Below, piece by piece: positions 25,684 through 37,258 of a stretch of 45,736 nucleotides of DNA; position 1 is the first letter of the stretch; each line of letters begins with the position of its first letter. Made by a program: the position numbers and the translations under genes. This DNA comes from Paludibacteraceae bacterium (GTDB taxonomy: Bacteria > Bacteroidota > Bacteroidia > Bacteroidales > Paludibacteraceae). The notes beneath the pieces are model-generated. The model had not been told where the DNA came from and did not search any database. It saw only the letters and a list, made by a program, of their open reading frames with translations. The DNA lies in contig JAGCEW010000092.1 in assembly GCA_017650465.1 (NCBI GenBank), forward strand, positions 1-45,736, given 5' to 3'.

Positions 25684-26775
25684 ATGAAACCAATCGTAGC
25701 AATCACAGCAGGTGACATCAACGGAGTGGGCTATGAGATTATCCTCAAAGGTATAGCCGACCCGCATATCTGTGAAATATGCAAACCTATTGTGTATGGT
25801 AATGCGCAAATAGCCAAAATCCATGCACAGACTTTGAGCGAAGAATACAGAAACCTGCAGTTCAATCTGATAGAAGATGCCGCGCAGGCAAAGGACGGAC
25901 GACTAAACATGATAACCTGCTATCCCGATGACACGCCTTGCAAATTGGGTGAATCTACGCCGGAAGCGGGTAAAGCATCCTATGCCAGTCTCAAACGTGC
26001 CTGTCAGGACTTGAAAGACGGAAAAGTGCAAGTGCTCGTCACTGCACCTATCAATAAGGAGAATATCCAGTCCGACGAGTTCCGCTATTCGGGACATACG
26101 GAGTATCTGACCCATGTCTTCGGAGAAGGCAAGAGTTCGCTGATGATGATGGTTAGTCAGGCGATGCGTGTCGCACTGGTTTGCAACCATACGCCCATCA
26201 GTAAAGTGCCGGCGCAGATAACCGAAGAACGCATCCTCGCTAAACTCCGCACCCTGAACGAAACGCTGAAGAGTGACTTCACCATCCGCGAACCGCGCAT
26301 TGCCGTGCTTGCGCTCAATCCTCATGCAGGCGATAACGGACTAATCGGAACGGAAGAGCAGACCATCATCACACCGGCAGTGAAAAAAGCCATAGACGAA
26401 GGACTATGCGTCTTTGGCCCTTACTCGGCGGATGGCTTCTTCGGATCGGGCAAGTTCGCTCATTTTGATGCGGTATTGGCAATGTATCACGATCAGGGAC
26501 TGATTCCTTTCAAGACCCTGGATATGAACGGTGTCAACTTTACGGCGGGCTTGAGCATTATCCGTACCTCGCCCGATCATGGCACGGCCTATGAGTTGGC
26601 AGGCAAGAATACAGCCAATCCGCAGTCCTTCCAGCACGCGTTGTATATGGCTATCGACCTGTTGCGTACACGCGAAGAAAATAAGGAACTGCTGAAGAAT
26701 CCCCTGAAGGTGGAACCCAGAGTAGCAAACAAGAAACCAGACGAAAACAAAGATAATGACAGCGCAAGAAATTAG
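25684..26775 (+). CDS. pdxA: 4-hydroxythreonine-4-phosphate dehydrogenase
   Basis: Contains [37 protein letters not shown] and SPDHGTA. The 3' end overlaps alaS by 20 nt. Confidence 0.92.
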   Translation: MKPIVAITAGDINGVGYEIILKGIADPHICEICKPIVYGNAQIAKIHAQTLSEEYRNLQFNLIEDAAQAKDGRLNMITCYPDDTPCKLGESTPEAGKASYASLKRACQDLKDGKVQVLVTAPINKENIQSDEFRYSGHTEYLTHVFGEGKSSLMMMVSQAMRVALVCNHTPISKVPAQITEERILAKLRTLNETLKSDFTIREPRIAVLALNPHAGDNGLIGTEEQTIITPAVKKAIDEGLCVFGPYSADGFFGSGKFAHFDAVLAMYHDQGLIPFKTLDMNGVNFTAGLSIIRTSPDHGTAYELAGKNTANPQSFQHALYMAIDLLRTREENKELLKNPLKVEPRVANKKPDENKDNDSARN

Positions 26776-29383
26776 AAAGTCCTTCCTGGACTTTATGGCA
26801 AGTAAAGGGCATCAGGTCGTACCCAGTGCCCCGATGGTCATCAAAGATGACCCTACATTGATGTTCACCAATGCGGGAATGAACCCATGGAAAGGCATCA
26901 TCTTGGGAAACGATCCCGTCAAGTATCCCCGTGTCGCAGACAGCCAGAAGTGTCTCCGCGTAAGCGGTAAACATAACGACCTCGAAGAAGTGGGACACGA
27001 TACCTATCACCATACCATGTTCGAGATGTTGGGAAACTGGTCCTTTGGCGATTACTTCAAACGCGAAGCGATTGACTTTGCCTGGGAATATATTGTGGAT
27101 GTCCTGAAGATAGACCCCGCAAACTTATATGCCACTGTTTTCGAAGGCTCGGCTTCCGAAGGTCTGGAGCGTGACAATGAGGCAGCGGCCTTTTGGGAGA
27201 AGCATCTGCCCAAAGACCACATCCTCAATGGGAACAAACACGACAATTTCTGGGAAATGGGCGACACCGGACCTTGCGGACCCTGCTCGGAGATTCATGT
27301 GGACAGCCGTTCGGAAGAGGAGAAAGCCAAAACACCCGGACGCGAATTGGTGAACAAAGACCATCCGCAGGTCATCGAGATTTGGAACCTTGTCTTTATG
27401 CAGTACAACCGCAAAGCGGACGGAAGTCTGGAGGAATTGCCCAACAAAGTGATTGATACCGGTATGGGTTTTGAACGGCTGGTACGCACCATCCAAGGCA
27501 AGCAGTCCAATTACGATACCGATGTCTTCCAACCGATGTTGCGCAAGATTGGCGAACTCTGTGGCTGTCAGTATGGCAAAGACGAGAAAACGGATATCGC
27601 TATGCGTGTGATAGCCGACCATATCCGTACCATCGCTTTCGCCATCACCGATGGTCAGTTGCCCTCTAACGAGAAAGCGGGTTACGTCATCCGTCGCATC
27701 CTGCGCCGTGCCGTACGCTATGGCTATACCTTCCTGGAGCAACGTGAAGCCTTCCTCTATAAACTGGTTCCCCAACTCATTGCCGATATGGGGGATGCGT
27801 ATCCCGAACTCCGTAAGCAGGAGCAACAGATAACGCCGGTCATCAAAGCGGAAGAAGAAGCCTTCCTCCGTACATTGGATAAGGGTATCGGACTGTTGGA
27901 TAAGCTTATTGCCGATGCTCGTGCAGCGGGCAAAACGGAAATATCAGGTGTGGATGTATTCACCCTGAAAGATACCTATGGCTTCCCATTGGATTTGACG
28001 GAACTGATTCTCCGCGAAAACAATATGACCACCAACGAAGAGGAATACAACCGCGCACTGGCACATCAAAAAGAGATGGGGCGTAGCGCGAATAGGCAAG
28101 ACCTTGGCGATTGGCAGGTGCTTCGCGAGGGAGAAACAGAGTTTGTGGGATATGATGAATGGGAATGTGAAACGGAAGTGCTGCGCTATCGTCAGGTAAG
28201 CCAGAAAGGAAAAACCTTCTACCAAGTAGTCTTGGGTAAGACACCTTTCTATGCCGAGATGGGTGGCGAAATCGGTGATACGGGTGTGCTGGCCTATAAT
28301 GGTGAGCAAGTGCAGATTTTGGATACCAAAAAGGAAAACGGATTGCCCGTGCATATATTGGCATCCTTGCCCGAATGGCTCACGGTAGCAGGACGGACCG
28401 TCACGGCCGCAATTGCCACCGAACGCCGTCAGGCCATCAGTTGCAACCATTCGGCTACGCATATCGTTCATTACGCCCTTCGTCAGGTTTTGGGCACGCA
28501 TGTGGAGCAAAAGGGTAGTTTGGTCACTGCCGACAGCCTGCGCTTCGACTTCTCGCACTTCCAGAAGGTGACACCGGACGAACTGCGCCGCGTGGAAATA
28601 CTGGCCAACGACATTATCCGTGCCAATTATCCCTTGGAGGAAAGCCGTCATACACCTATTGCGGAAGCCAAAGCGATGGGGGCGATGGCGTTGTTCGGGG
28701 AGAAGTATGGCGATGATGTGCGCGTCATTAAGTATGGCCCGTCTGTGGAGCTCTGCGGAGGTTGCCATGTCCCTGCAACGGGTGTCATCGGCTCGGTGCG
28801 TATCCTGATGGAAACCAGTGTGGCGGCAGGAGTACGGCGTATCGAAGCTGTCACCGCGGCAAAAGCCGATGAACTCTATTACACCATGCAGGATATGATG
28901 AACAATCTGCGTACTGTTCTTAACAATGCGCCTGATCTGGTGGCAGCCATCCATAAGGCGATTGACGAGAATGCTTCTCTGAAGAAACAGGCGGAGGAAT
29001 TTATGAACGAACGTCTGGCGCACTATGCTGCTCGTTTGCTGGAACGCGCGGAGGAAGTGAACGGTATCCGTCTCGTGCGCTTGGAAGGCGAGGCCGACAA
29101 TACAATGATACGCGGCGTACTGCCGATGATGAAAGGTAAGTTTGCGGATGTGAAGTTTGCTTTTGTCGCTGTCACGGCCGACCAAGGCAAACCGCAGATT
29201 GCACTCTTCCTTTCTCAACCCTTGGTGGATACCGGACTGAATGCCGGTCAGATCATCAAGGCGGCGGCACGGCACATCCAGGGTGGCGGCGGCGGACAAC
29301 CCCAATGGGCCACTGCCGGAGGACGTAATGTGGAAGGACTGAAAGATGCTATGCAGGAGATACTCAATCAGCTCTCAATCTGA
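26756..29383 (+). CDS. alaS: Alanine--tRNA ligase
   Basis: 875 aa. Contains [36 protein letters not shown] and an editing-domain HSATH. Confidence 0.98.
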   Translation: MTAQEIRKSFLDFMASKGHQVVPSAPMVIKDDPTLMFTNAGMNPWKGIILGNDPVKYPRVADSQKCLRVSGKHNDLEEVGHDTYHHTMFEMLGNWSFGDYFKREAIDFAWEYIVDVLKIDPANLYATVFEGSASEGLERDNEAAAFWEKHLPKDHILNGNKHDNFWEMGDTGPCGPCSEIHVDSRSEEEKAKTPGRELVNKDHPQVIEIWNLVFMQYNRKADGSLEELPNKVIDTGMGFERLVRTIQGKQSNYDTDVFQPMLRKIGELCGCQYGKDEKTDIAMRVIADHIRTIAFAITDGQLPSNEKAGYVIRRILRRAVRYGYTFLEQREAFLYKLVPQLIADMGDAYPELRKQEQQITPVIKAEEEAFLRTLDKGIGLLDKLIADARAAGKTEISGVDVFTLKDTYGFPLDLTELILRENNMTTNEEEYNRALAHQKEMGRSANRQDLGDWQVLREGETEFVGYDEWECETEVLRYRQVSQKGKTFYQVVLGKTPFYAEMGGEIGDTGVLAYNGEQVQILDTKKENGLPVHILASLPEWLTVAGRTVTAAIATERRQAISCNHSATHIVHYALRQVLGTHVEQKGSLVTADSLRFDFSHFQKVTPDELRRVEILANDIIRANYPLEESRHTPIAEAKAMGAMALFGEKYGDDVRVIKYGPSVELCGGCHVPATGVIGSVRILMETSVAAGVRRIEAVTAAKADELYYTMQDMMNNLRTVLNNAPDLVAAIHKAIDENASLKKQAEEFMNERLAHYAARLLERAEEVNGIRLVRLEGEADNTMIRGVLPMMKGKFADVKFAFVAVTADQGKPQIALFLSQPLVDTGLNAGQIIKAAARHIQGGGGGQPQWATAGGRNVEGLKDAMQEILNQLSI

Positions 29384-29400
29384 GAAAAACGGAAAAGAAT

Positions 29401-29850
29401 ATGAAACTGTTATCCTCTAAACTCAACACCAACGCTCGTCACGCGGTTCGTTTTACGGTGGTAGGAACGGTGGGAACAATAGTCCAGTACGGTATCTATT
29501 ATTTCTTCTTGTGGCTCTTTGAGACCTATTTCCCCTCTCTCCCTGCCTATGTGACGATTGCCTTCAATCTGGGATTCATCCTGGAAATGATAGCCAACTA
29601 TATAATGCAGGTGGTCTATGTTTTCGAGACAAAGGTAGGAATGAAGACCATCAGCGGATTTGCTGTGGGACGTGCGGTGAACTGGGGACTTCAGAACGGC
29701 CTCCTGTGGCTATTGATGCTTCCCGCCATAGGCTTGAATGCCGATATGGCAGGGATAGGCAGTATCTTGATAGCCGGTGTGGTTAACTTCTTTGTCGTCC
29801 GCCTGTTCTTTAAGAAAAAACAAACAGAAGAAGAACCAATAGCAGAATGA
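29401..29850 (+). CDS. GtrA family membrane protein
   Basis: 149 aa with four hydrophobic segments. Contains RFTVVGTVGTIVQYGIYY. Confidence 0.8.
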   Translation: MKLLSSKLNTNARHAVRFTVVGTVGTIVQYGIYYFFLWLFETYFPSLPAYVTIAFNLGFILEMIANYIMQVVYVFETKVGMKTISGFAVGRAVNWGLQNGLLWLLMLPAIGLNADMAGIGSILIAGVVNFFVVRLFFKKKQTEEEPIAE

Positions 29851-31127
29851 ACATTTATCGGGCTAATATTATCTACACGCCGTCTCCTGACGCGTTCCGT
29901 ATCCTTCCCGGAGGGTATGTGTGCGTGCGCGAGGATGGTATCATTGCCGGAGTGTATGAACAACTGCCGGAGCAGTATCGTACCGCTGAGGTCACGGACT
30001 ATGGCGACAGGCTCCTGATTCCCGCCTTCAACGACATGCATCTTCATGCCCCGCAGTACCGCAATCTCGGTCTGGCGATGGATTTGGAATTGCTGCCTTG
30101 GCTGAACACCTACACCTTCCCGGAAGAGTCCAAATTCAAGGATACGGCCTACGCGGAACGTATCTACCACCGCTTTGTACATGAGCTGTGGATGCAGGGT
30201 ACGATGCGTAGTTGTGTCTTTGCCACGGTGCATCCCGAAGCAACGCGCATGTTGGCGGACTTCTTTGTCCAAGCGGGCTTGGGGGCTAAAGTGGGTATTG
30301 TTGGTATGAACCGCAATTGCCCTGATACGCTCCGAAATACAGCCGAAGAGGTGGTGCGTGATACACGTGCCCTGAAGCAATATCTGGATGTGCACGGAAA
30401 CAACGGATTGGTGGGCACTATCGTTACGCCTCGCTTCATTCCTTCTTGCACAGAGGATATGTCTGCCGCATTGGGACGGTTGGCGGAAGAACTGCAACTG
30501 CCCGTGCAGTCCCACCTCAGCGAAAACCGCAGCGAGATTGACTGGGTGCAGTCGCTTGAACCCGATACCGCTTGCTATGGCGAAGCCTATTACAAATACG
30601 GACTTTTCGGGCAGCAGCCCACGCTGATGGCGCATTGCTGCTATACCGATGGCGAGGAATTGCGGTTGATGAAGCAGCAGGGTGTCTATGTGGTGCATTG
30701 TCCTACCAGCAACAGCAATATAGCGTCCGGTATGGCACCCGTACGCAGTTTCTTGCAGCAAGGTATACCCGTAGCATTAGGAACGGATATATCCGCAGGA
30801 CATTATGTGTCGATGTTGCGAATTATGCAGTACGCTATTCAGACCAGTAAACTGATCTACGCCCAAACACACGGACAGATGCCTTTTCTCAGTCTGAGTG
30901 AGGCTTTCTATCTTGGTACGAAGTCAGGTGGCAGTTTCTTCGGAAAGGTGGGTAGTTTTGAGGAAGGATATGAGTTTGATGCATTACTGGTGGATGACAG
31001 TTACTTGAATTATGATAATTATACGTTAGAACAACGTATTCAGCGATATATTTATATAGGTGACGACAGGGATATCCGTGTGCGCTTCTGCCGCGGAAAA
31101 GAACTGACGGAGCCGCCAATGGATTAA
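29847..31127 (+). CDS. Amidohydrolase superfamily protein, guanine-deaminase-like
   Basis: 426 aa. It has the metal-binding HLHAPQY motif of guanine deaminase/chlorohydrolase type enzymes, with HCxxS and GTD motifs later. The ATG overlaps the upstream stop (ATGA). Confidence 0.65.
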   Translation: MNIYRANIIYTPSPDAFRILPGGYVCVREDGIIAGVYEQLPEQYRTAEVTDYGDRLLIPAFNDMHLHAPQYRNLGLAMDLELLPWLNTYTFPEESKFKDTAYAERIYHRFVHELWMQGTMRSCVFATVHPEATRMLADFFVQAGLGAKVGIVGMNRNCPDTLRNTAEEVVRDTRALKQYLDVHGNNGLVGTIVTPRFIPSCTEDMSAALGRLAEELQLPVQSHLSENRSEIDWVQSLEPDTACYGEAYYKYGLFGQQPTLMAHCCYTDGEELRLMKQQGVYVVHCPTSNSNIASGMAPVRSFLQQGIPVALGTDISAGHYVSMLRIMQYAIQTSKLIYAQTHGQMPFLSLSEAFYLGTKSGGSFFGKVGSFEEGYEFDALLVDDSYLNYDNYTLEQRIQRYIYIGDDRDIRVRFCRGKELTEPPMD

Positions 31128-31132
31128 GAACG

Positions 31133-31849
31133 ATGAAAGAGATTGTAGCCCCTGCGGGTAAAAGATTGGTTTGGTATCTGGCAATGGAGGAATACCTTGC
31201 GCAGCATGTCGGGGAAGAGATGCTCTTCTTCTGGGTAGTGCCGCCTACTGTTATCTTCGGACGTCATCAGGTGATGGCGAATGAAGTGAATGTGGACTAT
31301 TGTCGTGAACACGCGGTGCAGATGTATCGTCGCAAGAGTGGCGGCGGCTGTGTCTATGCGGACGGCGGAAACCTGATGATTTCCTATATCTCTCCTTCCA
31401 CGCACAGCGAAGAGGTCTTTCAGTATTACCTTGACTTGCTTGCAGGTGCGCTTGGCCGGATGGGGTATCCGGCTGTCAAGTCCGAGCATAACGATGTGTT
31501 GGTCGCAGAACGGAAAGTCAGTGGGAATGCATGTTATGCCTTGCCAACAGGCACCATCGTACACGGCACATTGCTTTGGGATGTTGATTTCGGGGCATTG
31601 CAGCAGGCTATTACACCCTCGCGGGAGAAACTGGCAAAGCATGGCGTGGAGTCAGTGCGCCAACGGGTGGTCAATCTGCGCGAACTATCCCAAGGAGAAG
31701 GCTACCCGCGTACGATAGAGGAAATACAGAGCCGTCTGGCGGCGATGTTGACGCAGGGCAATCAACGTATGCTTACCGGACAGGAACTGCAGGAGATAGA
31801 TGCCATCGAACAAACCTATCTGGATCCCGATTTCTTGTATGACAAATAA
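31133..31849 (+). CDS. Lipoate--protein ligase family protein (catalytic domain only)
   Basis: Contains GRHQ, RRKSGGGCVYADGGNL and KVSGNACY. Confidence 0.8.
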   Translation: MKEIVAPAGKRLVWYLAMEEYLAQHVGEEMLFFWVVPPTVIFGRHQVMANEVNVDYCREHAVQMYRRKSGGGCVYADGGNLMISYISPSTHSEEVFQYYLDLLAGALGRMGYPAVKSEHNDVLVAERKVSGNACYALPTGTIVHGTLLWDVDFGALQQAITPSREKLAKHGVESVRQRVVNLRELSQGEGYPRTIEEIQSRLAAMLTQGNQRMLTGQELQEIDAIEQTYLDPDFLYDK

Positions 31850-31860
31850 AAACATGTGCT

Positions 31861-32169
31861 ATGGAAAAAGAAAAACGCGCTTTTAATTGGGGACAAATAC
31901 GGAAATATGTGTTCAATAAATATGTCATCGTCTTGGCTGTTTTTGCCGTAATCTTTATGGTGGGCAAGCAGAGTATCTTTGCTTTTATCAGTCGCGGACG
32001 CGAGATAAGGGAGATCAAACACCAGATCCAAAAGACCCAAGAGGAGAACGCAGTTTGCGAACGCGACTTGCGCACGCTGAAGAACACCGATTCGCTGGAA
32101 CGCTACGCGCGTGAACATTATTATATGCACGCAGAAAACGAGGATGTGTATATCGTGACCGAAGACTAA
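31861..32169 (+). CDS. Septum formation initiator (FtsB/DivIC-like) protein
   Basis: 102 aa with a single TM helix followed by a coiled coil (IREIKHQIQKTQEENAVCERDLRTLKN) and LERYAREHYYM. Confidence 0.75.
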   Translation: MEKEKRAFNWGQIRKYVFNKYVIVLAVFAVIFMVGKQSIFAFISRGREIREIKHQIQKTQEENAVCERDLRTLKNTDSLERYAREHYYMHAENEDVYIVTED

Positions 32170-32181
32170 TCTTTTATCTTT

Positions 32182-32808
32182 ATGCCAATTTCCGAACCTC
32201 AACCACATCGACTGATATTAGGGATAGACCCCGGAACGCTTCTGATGGGCTATGCCTTGTTGGATGTGGAGGGACAGCATGTCAGCATCGTCAAGTTCGA
32301 TTGCTTGGATGTGCGAAAACTGGACGGACAGTATGCGCGTCTGCAACGCGAGTTCTTCTTCTTGCAGGAACTGATTGATACATATCATCCCACCTCATTA
32401 GCCATTGAGACACAGTTTGTTGACAAGAACCCGCAAACGATGATTAAGATCGTACACGCGCAAGGAGTGGCCATTGCTGCGGCTTTGTCCAAAGACTTGC
32501 CTGTTTATGAATACTCACCGATGAAAGTTAAAATGGCCATTACTGGTAACGGTCATTCCACCAAGGAACAGGTGGCAGATATGTTACAGCGTTTTTTGCA
32601 TATCCCGGATGAAGCCATGCCGAAGCATCTGGATGCCACCGATGCACTGGCGATTGCGTATTGCCATTTCCTCCAATTGCGTTTGCCTGCTGCGGCTGCC
32701 GGCGGAGCCAAGGACTGGACCTCATTTGCCAAACGCAAGGGACTGACCGATAATTCTCTTACTACTCCTAATCAACGCTTGTTGGCTGCTTTGAACAAAA
32801 AGAAGTAG
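32182..32808 (+). CDS. ruvC: Crossover junction endodeoxyribonuclease RuvC
   Basis: Contains [34 protein letters not shown] and [12 protein letters not shown]. Confidence 0.93.
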   Translation: MPISEPQPHRLILGIDPGTLLMGYALLDVEGQHVSIVKFDCLDVRKLDGQYARLQREFFFLQELIDTYHPTSLAIETQFVDKNPQTMIKIVHAQGVAIAAALSKDLPVYEYSPMKVKMAITGNGHSTKEQVADMLQRFLHIPDEAMPKHLDATDALAIAYCHFLQLRLPAAAAGGAKDWTSFAKRKGLTDNSLTTPNQRLLAALNKKK

Positions 32809-32831
32809 TCGGGTGGAGTACAAGTTTACCA

Positions 32832-32853
32832 ACGGTATCTCGACGGTATCTCT
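32832..32853. repeat. Two tandem 11-bp units (ACGGTATCTCG ACGGTATCTCT)
   Basis: Read directly from the sequence. It lies 27 bp upstream of the thrS -33 box. Confidence 0.85.
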
Positions 32854-32879
32854 ATTAAGAAAATATTTTTGCAAAAATA

Positions 32880-32911
32880 TTTGTATATATCAAAAAAAAG
32901 TTGTACCTTTG
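32880..32911 (+). promoter_or_regulatory. thrS promoter
   Basis: TTTG at 32880-32883 and TACCTTTG at 32904-32911, with a 20-nt spacer containing A8. Confidence 0.75.
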
Positions 32912-32971
32912 CAGCGAATTTGGATAATGGGCACTTGTCAGCCTTGCTCCGTAAACATTTGTACGTTTATT

Positions 32972-34927
32972 ATGATAAAGATCACCTTTCCGGACCAAAG
33001 CGTCCGTGAGTATGAAAGCGGCGTTACGCCCTTACAAGTAGCTGAGTCAATCAGCAGTCGTCTGGCACAGGAAATCCTGGTGGCCTCCGTGAAAACCGAT
33101 GGCGAGTTTGTTATCACCGAACTTAATACCCCTCTCACCGCCGATTGTGCGATACGTTTGCACAAATGGGAAGATGAAGAAGCCAAGCACGCGTTTTGGC
33201 ACACCTCGTCCCATCTGATGGCAGAAGCCCTTCAGGAATTGTATCCGGGCATTCAGTTTGGTATAGGTCCCGCGATTGAAAACGGCTTCTATTATGATGT
33301 CTATCCCGCAGAAGGACAAACCATCAGTGAGAAGGATTTTCCTGCCATCGAGCAGAAAATGATGGAACTGCGCGCCAAGAAAGAAGTGCTGGAGAAACGT
33401 TCGATCGCCAAGGCGGATGCCTTGCACGATTTCACGGCACGTGGACAGCACTACAAGTGCGAATTGATTAACGATTTGGCGGATGGAACCATCACCACAT
33501 ATACACAAGGTGCTTTCACCGACCTCTGCCGCGGACCGCACCTCCTGAGCACTGAACCTATCAAAGCAGTGAAAGTGCTTTCTTGCGCTGCCGCATATTG
33601 GCGCGGTGACGAGACACGTCCTATGATGACGCGTATCTATGCCGTCTCTTTCCCCAAGAAAGCCATGCTGGACGAACATCTGGCATTGTTGGAGGAAGCC
33701 AAGAAACGTGACCACCGCAAAATAGGTAAAGAACTGGACCTCTTTATGTTCAGTGAGATGGTGGGAAAAGGTTTGCCTATCTGGCTGCCTAAAGGAACGG
33801 CTTTGCGCCTGCGCCTGGAGGATTTCCTGAAGAAAATCCAGCGTCGCTATGGCTACCAGCAGGTTATTACGCCGCATATTGGCTCCAAGCAGCTCTATAT
33901 CACTTCCGGCCACTGGGATCACTACGGAAAAGACTCGTTCCAGCCCATCACTACGCCTGAAGAAGGCGAAGTGTATCTGCTCAAGCCGATGAACTGCCCG
34001 CACCACTGTGCTATCTTCAAGAACTCTCCTCGCAGCTATAAGGACCTGCCTTTCCGTTGCGCCGAGTTCGGTACCGTTTATCGTTACGAGCAGTCGGGTG
34101 AATTGCACGGTCTGACCCGTGTACGTAGTTTCACCCAAGATGACGCACATATCTTCTGCCGTCCCGACCAGGTAAAGCAGGAGTTTATCCGTGTGATGGA
34201 GATTATTGAAATCATCTTCAAATCGCTTGACTTCAAGAACTTTGAGGCACAGATTTCGCTCCGTGACCCGAACAATCATACTAAGTATGTCGGTTCGGAT
34301 GAGGTCTGGGAAAAAGCGGAAAATGCCATCATTGAGGCTTGCAAGGAGAAAAACTTGCCCGCCAAAGTGGAATACGGTGAAGCCGCTTTCTACGGTCCCA
34401 AACTGGACTTTATGGTAAAGGATGCGCTGGGACGCCGTTGGCAGTTGGGTACCATTCAGGTGGATTACAACCTGCCTGAACGTTTCGAACTGGAATATGT
34501 GGGCGAAGACAATCAAAAGCATCGTCCTGTGATGATTCACCGTGCGCCGTTCGGTTCGATGGAACGCTTTGTGGCTGTGCTTATCGAGCATACTGCAGGT
34601 AAGTTCCCCTTGTGGCTCACTCCCGATCAGGCTGTAGTATTGCCCATTTCCGAGAAATCGAACGAATACGCATGGCAGGTACAGAAAATGCTGGAGCAGC
34701 AGAATGTTCGCGCTATCGTGGATGACCGTAACGAAAAACTCGGCCGCAAGATTCGCGACAACGAACTCAAGCGCATACCGTTCATGCTCATCGTGGGTGA
34801 GAAAGAAGCGGAGCAGGGGCTTGTATCCGTTCGCCAGCAGGGCGCAGAAGACAAAGGACAAATGACCGTGCAGGCGTTTGCAGACTTTGTCAACGAAACA
34901 GTGGACAAACAGATGAATGCCTATTAA
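32972..34927 (+). CDS. thrS: Threonine--tRNA ligase
   Basis: The ATG at 32972 gives [28 protein letters not shown] (TGS domain). Class II motifs are present, including CRGPH and [35 protein letters not shown]. The 32813 start lies upstream of the promoter. Confidence 0.97.
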   Translation: MIKITFPDQSVREYESGVTPLQVAESISSRLAQEILVASVKTDGEFVITELNTPLTADCAIRLHKWEDEEAKHAFWHTSSHLMAEALQELYPGIQFGIGPAIENGFYYDVYPAEGQTISEKDFPAIEQKMMELRAKKEVLEKRSIAKADALHDFTARGQHYKCELINDLADGTITTYTQGAFTDLCRGPHLLSTEPIKAVKVLSCAAAYWRGDETRPMMTRIYAVSFPKKAMLDEHLALLEEAKKRDHRKIGKELDLFMFSEMVGKGLPIWLPKGTALRLRLEDFLKKIQRRYGYQQVITPHIGSKQLYITSGHWDHYGKDSFQPITTPEEGEVYLLKPMNCPHHCAIFKNSPRSYKDLPFRCAEFGTVYRYEQSGELHGLTRVRSFTQDDAHIFCRPDQVKQEFIRVMEIIEIIFKSLDFKNFEAQISLRDPNNHTKYVGSDEVWEKAENAIIEACKEKNLPAKVEYGEAAFYGPKLDFMVKDALGRRWQLGTIQVDYNLPERFELEYVGEDNQKHRPVMIHRAPFGSMERFVAVLIEHTAGKFPLWLTPDQAVVLPISEKSNEYAWQVQKMLEQQNVRAIVDDRNEKLGRKIRDNELKRIPFMLIVGEKEAEQGLVSVRQQGAEDKGQMTVQAFADFVNETVDKQMNAY

Positions 34928-34930
34928 GCC

Positions 34931-35533
34931 GTGAAGCCAGACCGTAAGGAGGAAATAGCCATCAAAGCGTTGGAACTGTTCGCACTGAACGGCTACGACA
35001 GTACATCTATATCCGATTTGCAATACGCACTCGATATGGGTCGTGGTACGCTTTATTACTACTTCCGTGATAAAGACGAACTGTTCACCGAAGTGATGAA
35101 CCGCTTTTTCTTGACACCCAAGCAGCAACGTCTGAATACACTTATTGAACAGACGGTAACTATTCCGGAAATGATTCAGGCTTTGTTGTCCTACCTCTAC
35201 TCGTTGCAGGACTTGTTGACACAGTTTGAAAACAAACATGTCAATACATCCAACGTGGTAACGCTGATGAATACGGCGTATCACCGTTATCCCGAACTCT
35301 ACCGCAAAGCCCGGCGTATCTACGAGAAAGAACTCTACTTGTGGAAACGGGCGTTGCAGCATGAGATGCAACAAGGCATCATCAGACGGGATATACCGGT
35401 GGATACTATGGCAATGATGTTTACACACCTCAAGGACGGATTCGATACCGCCAAGGCCGGTGTGACAATGGATTTTACTGCCTTTCCGCAGCAATATAAC
35501 TATTTGTACGATCTGCTAAAAGTCAAAGAATAG
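34931..35533 (+). CDS. TetR/AcrR family transcriptional regulator
   Basis: The start is GTG, 4 nt after the thrS stop. The HTH is IAIKALELFALNGYDSTSISDLQYALDMGRGTLYYYFRDKDELF. Confidence 0.85.
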   Translation: MKPDRKEEIAIKALELFALNGYDSTSISDLQYALDMGRGTLYYYFRDKDELFTEVMNRFFLTPKQQRLNTLIEQTVTIPEMIQALLSYLYSLQDLLTQFENKHVNTSNVVTLMNTAYHRYPELYRKARRIYEKELYLWKRALQHEMQQGIIRRDIPVDTMAMMFTHLKDGFDTAKAGVTMDFTAFPQQYNYLYDLLKVKE

Positions 35534-35549
35534 CATTTTTTTGCTCTTT

Positions 35550-35585
35550 TTTGAACGGCAGTTCGAATTATAAGTAGTACCTTTG
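35550..35585 (+). promoter_or_regulatory. Promoter with a candidate TetR operator upstream of the acyl-CoA ligase genes
   Basis: TACCTTTG at 35578-35585 and TTTG at 35550-35553, with an atypical 24-nt spacing. The inverted repeat TTTGAAC-ggca-GTTCGAA (35550-35567, 6 of 7 positions pair) overlaps the -33 box. Confidence 0.5.
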
Positions 35586-35617
35586 CAGCGAATTGGAATA
35601 AAAGTAAACAAAACGAT

Positions 35618-37258
35618 ATGGAAACAAAACATTATTTTTCGTATTTGCAGGCCACGATGCAGAAATATTGGGATGAAGCCTGTATGGTTAATTTGGACGG
35701 CACATCGCCTTATACTTATCGCACGCTCGCGACTGCTATAGCGCGTCTTGACGCACAATTTGAGGCTATCGGTATCAAACCTGGCGACAAAGTCGCTCTT
35801 GCGGGAATCAATAGTGCCAACTGGGGTATGTCTTTCCTCGCAATCACGGCGTATAGGGCTGTGGCGGTAAGTATCTTGCCTGATTTTACGGCGGAGGATA
35901 TCGCGAATCTGGTGGCACACTCCGAAGCAAAATTGCTGTTGGTCGGGCCGAATGTCCGCCGCAAAGTGGATTTGGACACTATGCCTGGCTTGATTGGAAC
36001 CATCTTCTTGGACGAACTCTCTATGATTCATGCCAAAGAAGAGGCTATTATCACTGCATTCAATGAGGCTGGGGCTGCTTTCGATGCCGCACATCCGGAA
36101 GGCATAGCTTTGGAGGATATTCATTATCCGACCGACAATATGGATGATGTTGCATTGATTAACTATACGTCCGGCTCTACCGGCAATCCCAAGGGAGTGA
36201 TGCTGACCTATCTGAACCTCAGCCATAACGTGCATTACTCCATCTACAAGATTCCGCATCGTGAAGGCGACCGTGTGCTGTCAATGCTTCCTATTGCTCA
36301 CATGTTCGGACTGATGTTCGAATTTCTGTATCCTATCTGCGAAGCAACGCATATCACGTTCCTTACCCAGCAGCCGACGCCAACCATTCTGATGAAAGCC
36401 TTTGCGGAGGTAAGACCTTATATGATTCTCACCGTTCCTTTGGTTATCGAGAAGATTATCCGTAAGAGTGTCTTCCCTGTCATTAAGAAACCTTGGATGC
36501 AAGTCTTGTGGTACATGCCCGGCATCAGGAACGTATTGCGTAGGAAAGTGAGCGAGAAACTGATGAATGCTTTTGGCGGCAACCTGCGTCATCTCATTAT
36601 AGGTGGTGCTGCGCTCAATTTGGAAGTTGAGCAGTGCCTTCGTGATATCAAGATGCCATATTGCGTAGGTTATGGCATGACCGAGTGTGCTCCGTTGCTT
36701 TCTTACACGCCGTGGAACACCTATCGTATGCACTCATGCGGACAGCCTATTGATGGCATGGAGTTCCGTATCGATTCGTCCGACCAGTGCAACGTGGATG
36801 GTGAAGTGCAGGTACGCGGATTCTGTGTGATGAAGGGCTATTACAAGAACCCTGAAGCCACTAAGGCGACATTCACGGATGACGGCTGGATGCGTACCGG
36901 TGACCTCGGTGTATTGGACAAAGACGGATTCCTCTATCTGCGCGGTCGTAGCAAGAATATGATTCTTGGTGCCAGCGGACAGAATATCTATCCGGAAGAG
37001 ATTGAGGACAAACTCAATGCGTTCCATTATGTTGTGGAGTCAGTGGTTATTGCCCGCGAGGGAAAGATTGTCGCATTGGTTTATCCGGACTATCAGGGAG
37101 GTTTGAACAAAGAGCAACTGCGTGAACGTCTGGAGGCAAACCGCAGAAGTCTCAACCATCATCTGCCTCAATACAGCCAAGTGTCTGCCATTGAAATGGT
37201 GGAGACGGAATTCGAGAAAACGCCGAAAAAGAGTATTAAGCGTTACCTATATAAATAA
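35618..37258 (+). CDS. AMP-binding enzyme (acyl-CoA ligase / fatty-acid--CoA ligase family), paralogue 1
   Basis: Contains INYTSGSTGNPKGVMLTY, GYGMTECAPL, TGDLGVLDKDGFLYLRGRSKN and a C-terminal FEKTPKKSIKRYLY. Its stop overlaps the next ATG (TAATG). Confidence 0.88.
   Translation: METKHYFSYLQATMQKYWDEACMVNLDGTSPYTYRTLATAIARLDAQFEAIGIKPGDKVALAGINSANWGMSFLAITAYRAVAVSILPDFTAEDIANLVAHSEAKLLLVGPNVRRKVDLDTMPGLIGTIFLDELSMIHAKEEAIITAFNEAGAAFDAAHPEGIALEDIHYPTDNMDDVALINYTSGSTGNPKGVMLTYLNLSHNVHYSIYKIPHREGDRVLSMLPIAHMFGLMFEFLYPICEATHITFLTQQPTPTILMKAFAEVRPYMILTVPLVIEKIIRKSVFPVIKKPWMQVLWYMPGIRNVLRRKVSEKLMNAFGGNLRHLIIGGAALNLEVEQCLRDIKMPYCVGYGMTECAPLLSYTPWNTYRMHSCGQPIDGMEFRIDSSDQCNVDGEVQVRGFCVMKGYYKNPEATKATFTDDGWMRTGDLGVLDKDGFLYLRGRSKNMILGASGQNIYPEEIEDKLNAFHYVVESVVIAREGKIVALVYPDYQGGLNKEQLRERLEANRRSLNHHLPQYSQVSAIEMVETEFEKTPKKSIKRYLYK

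Noticed and set aside
27944-29305. 453-aa minus-strand ORF opposite alaS. Similar cases are 27125-27826 and 29691-30761 opposite alaS, gtrA and the amidohydrolase, and 3243-3914 opposite holA.
   Set aside because: All lie entirely inside well-supported sense-strand genes and have no motifs of their own.
33047-35494. 815-aa ORF on the minus strand spanning thrS and the TetR gene
   Set aside because: It is fully antisense to two confidently identified genes and crosses their junction. Its composition is rich in His/Cys/Phe/Arg, with no recognisable motif, promoter or signal. It is a shadow ORF produced by the codon bias of the sense genes.
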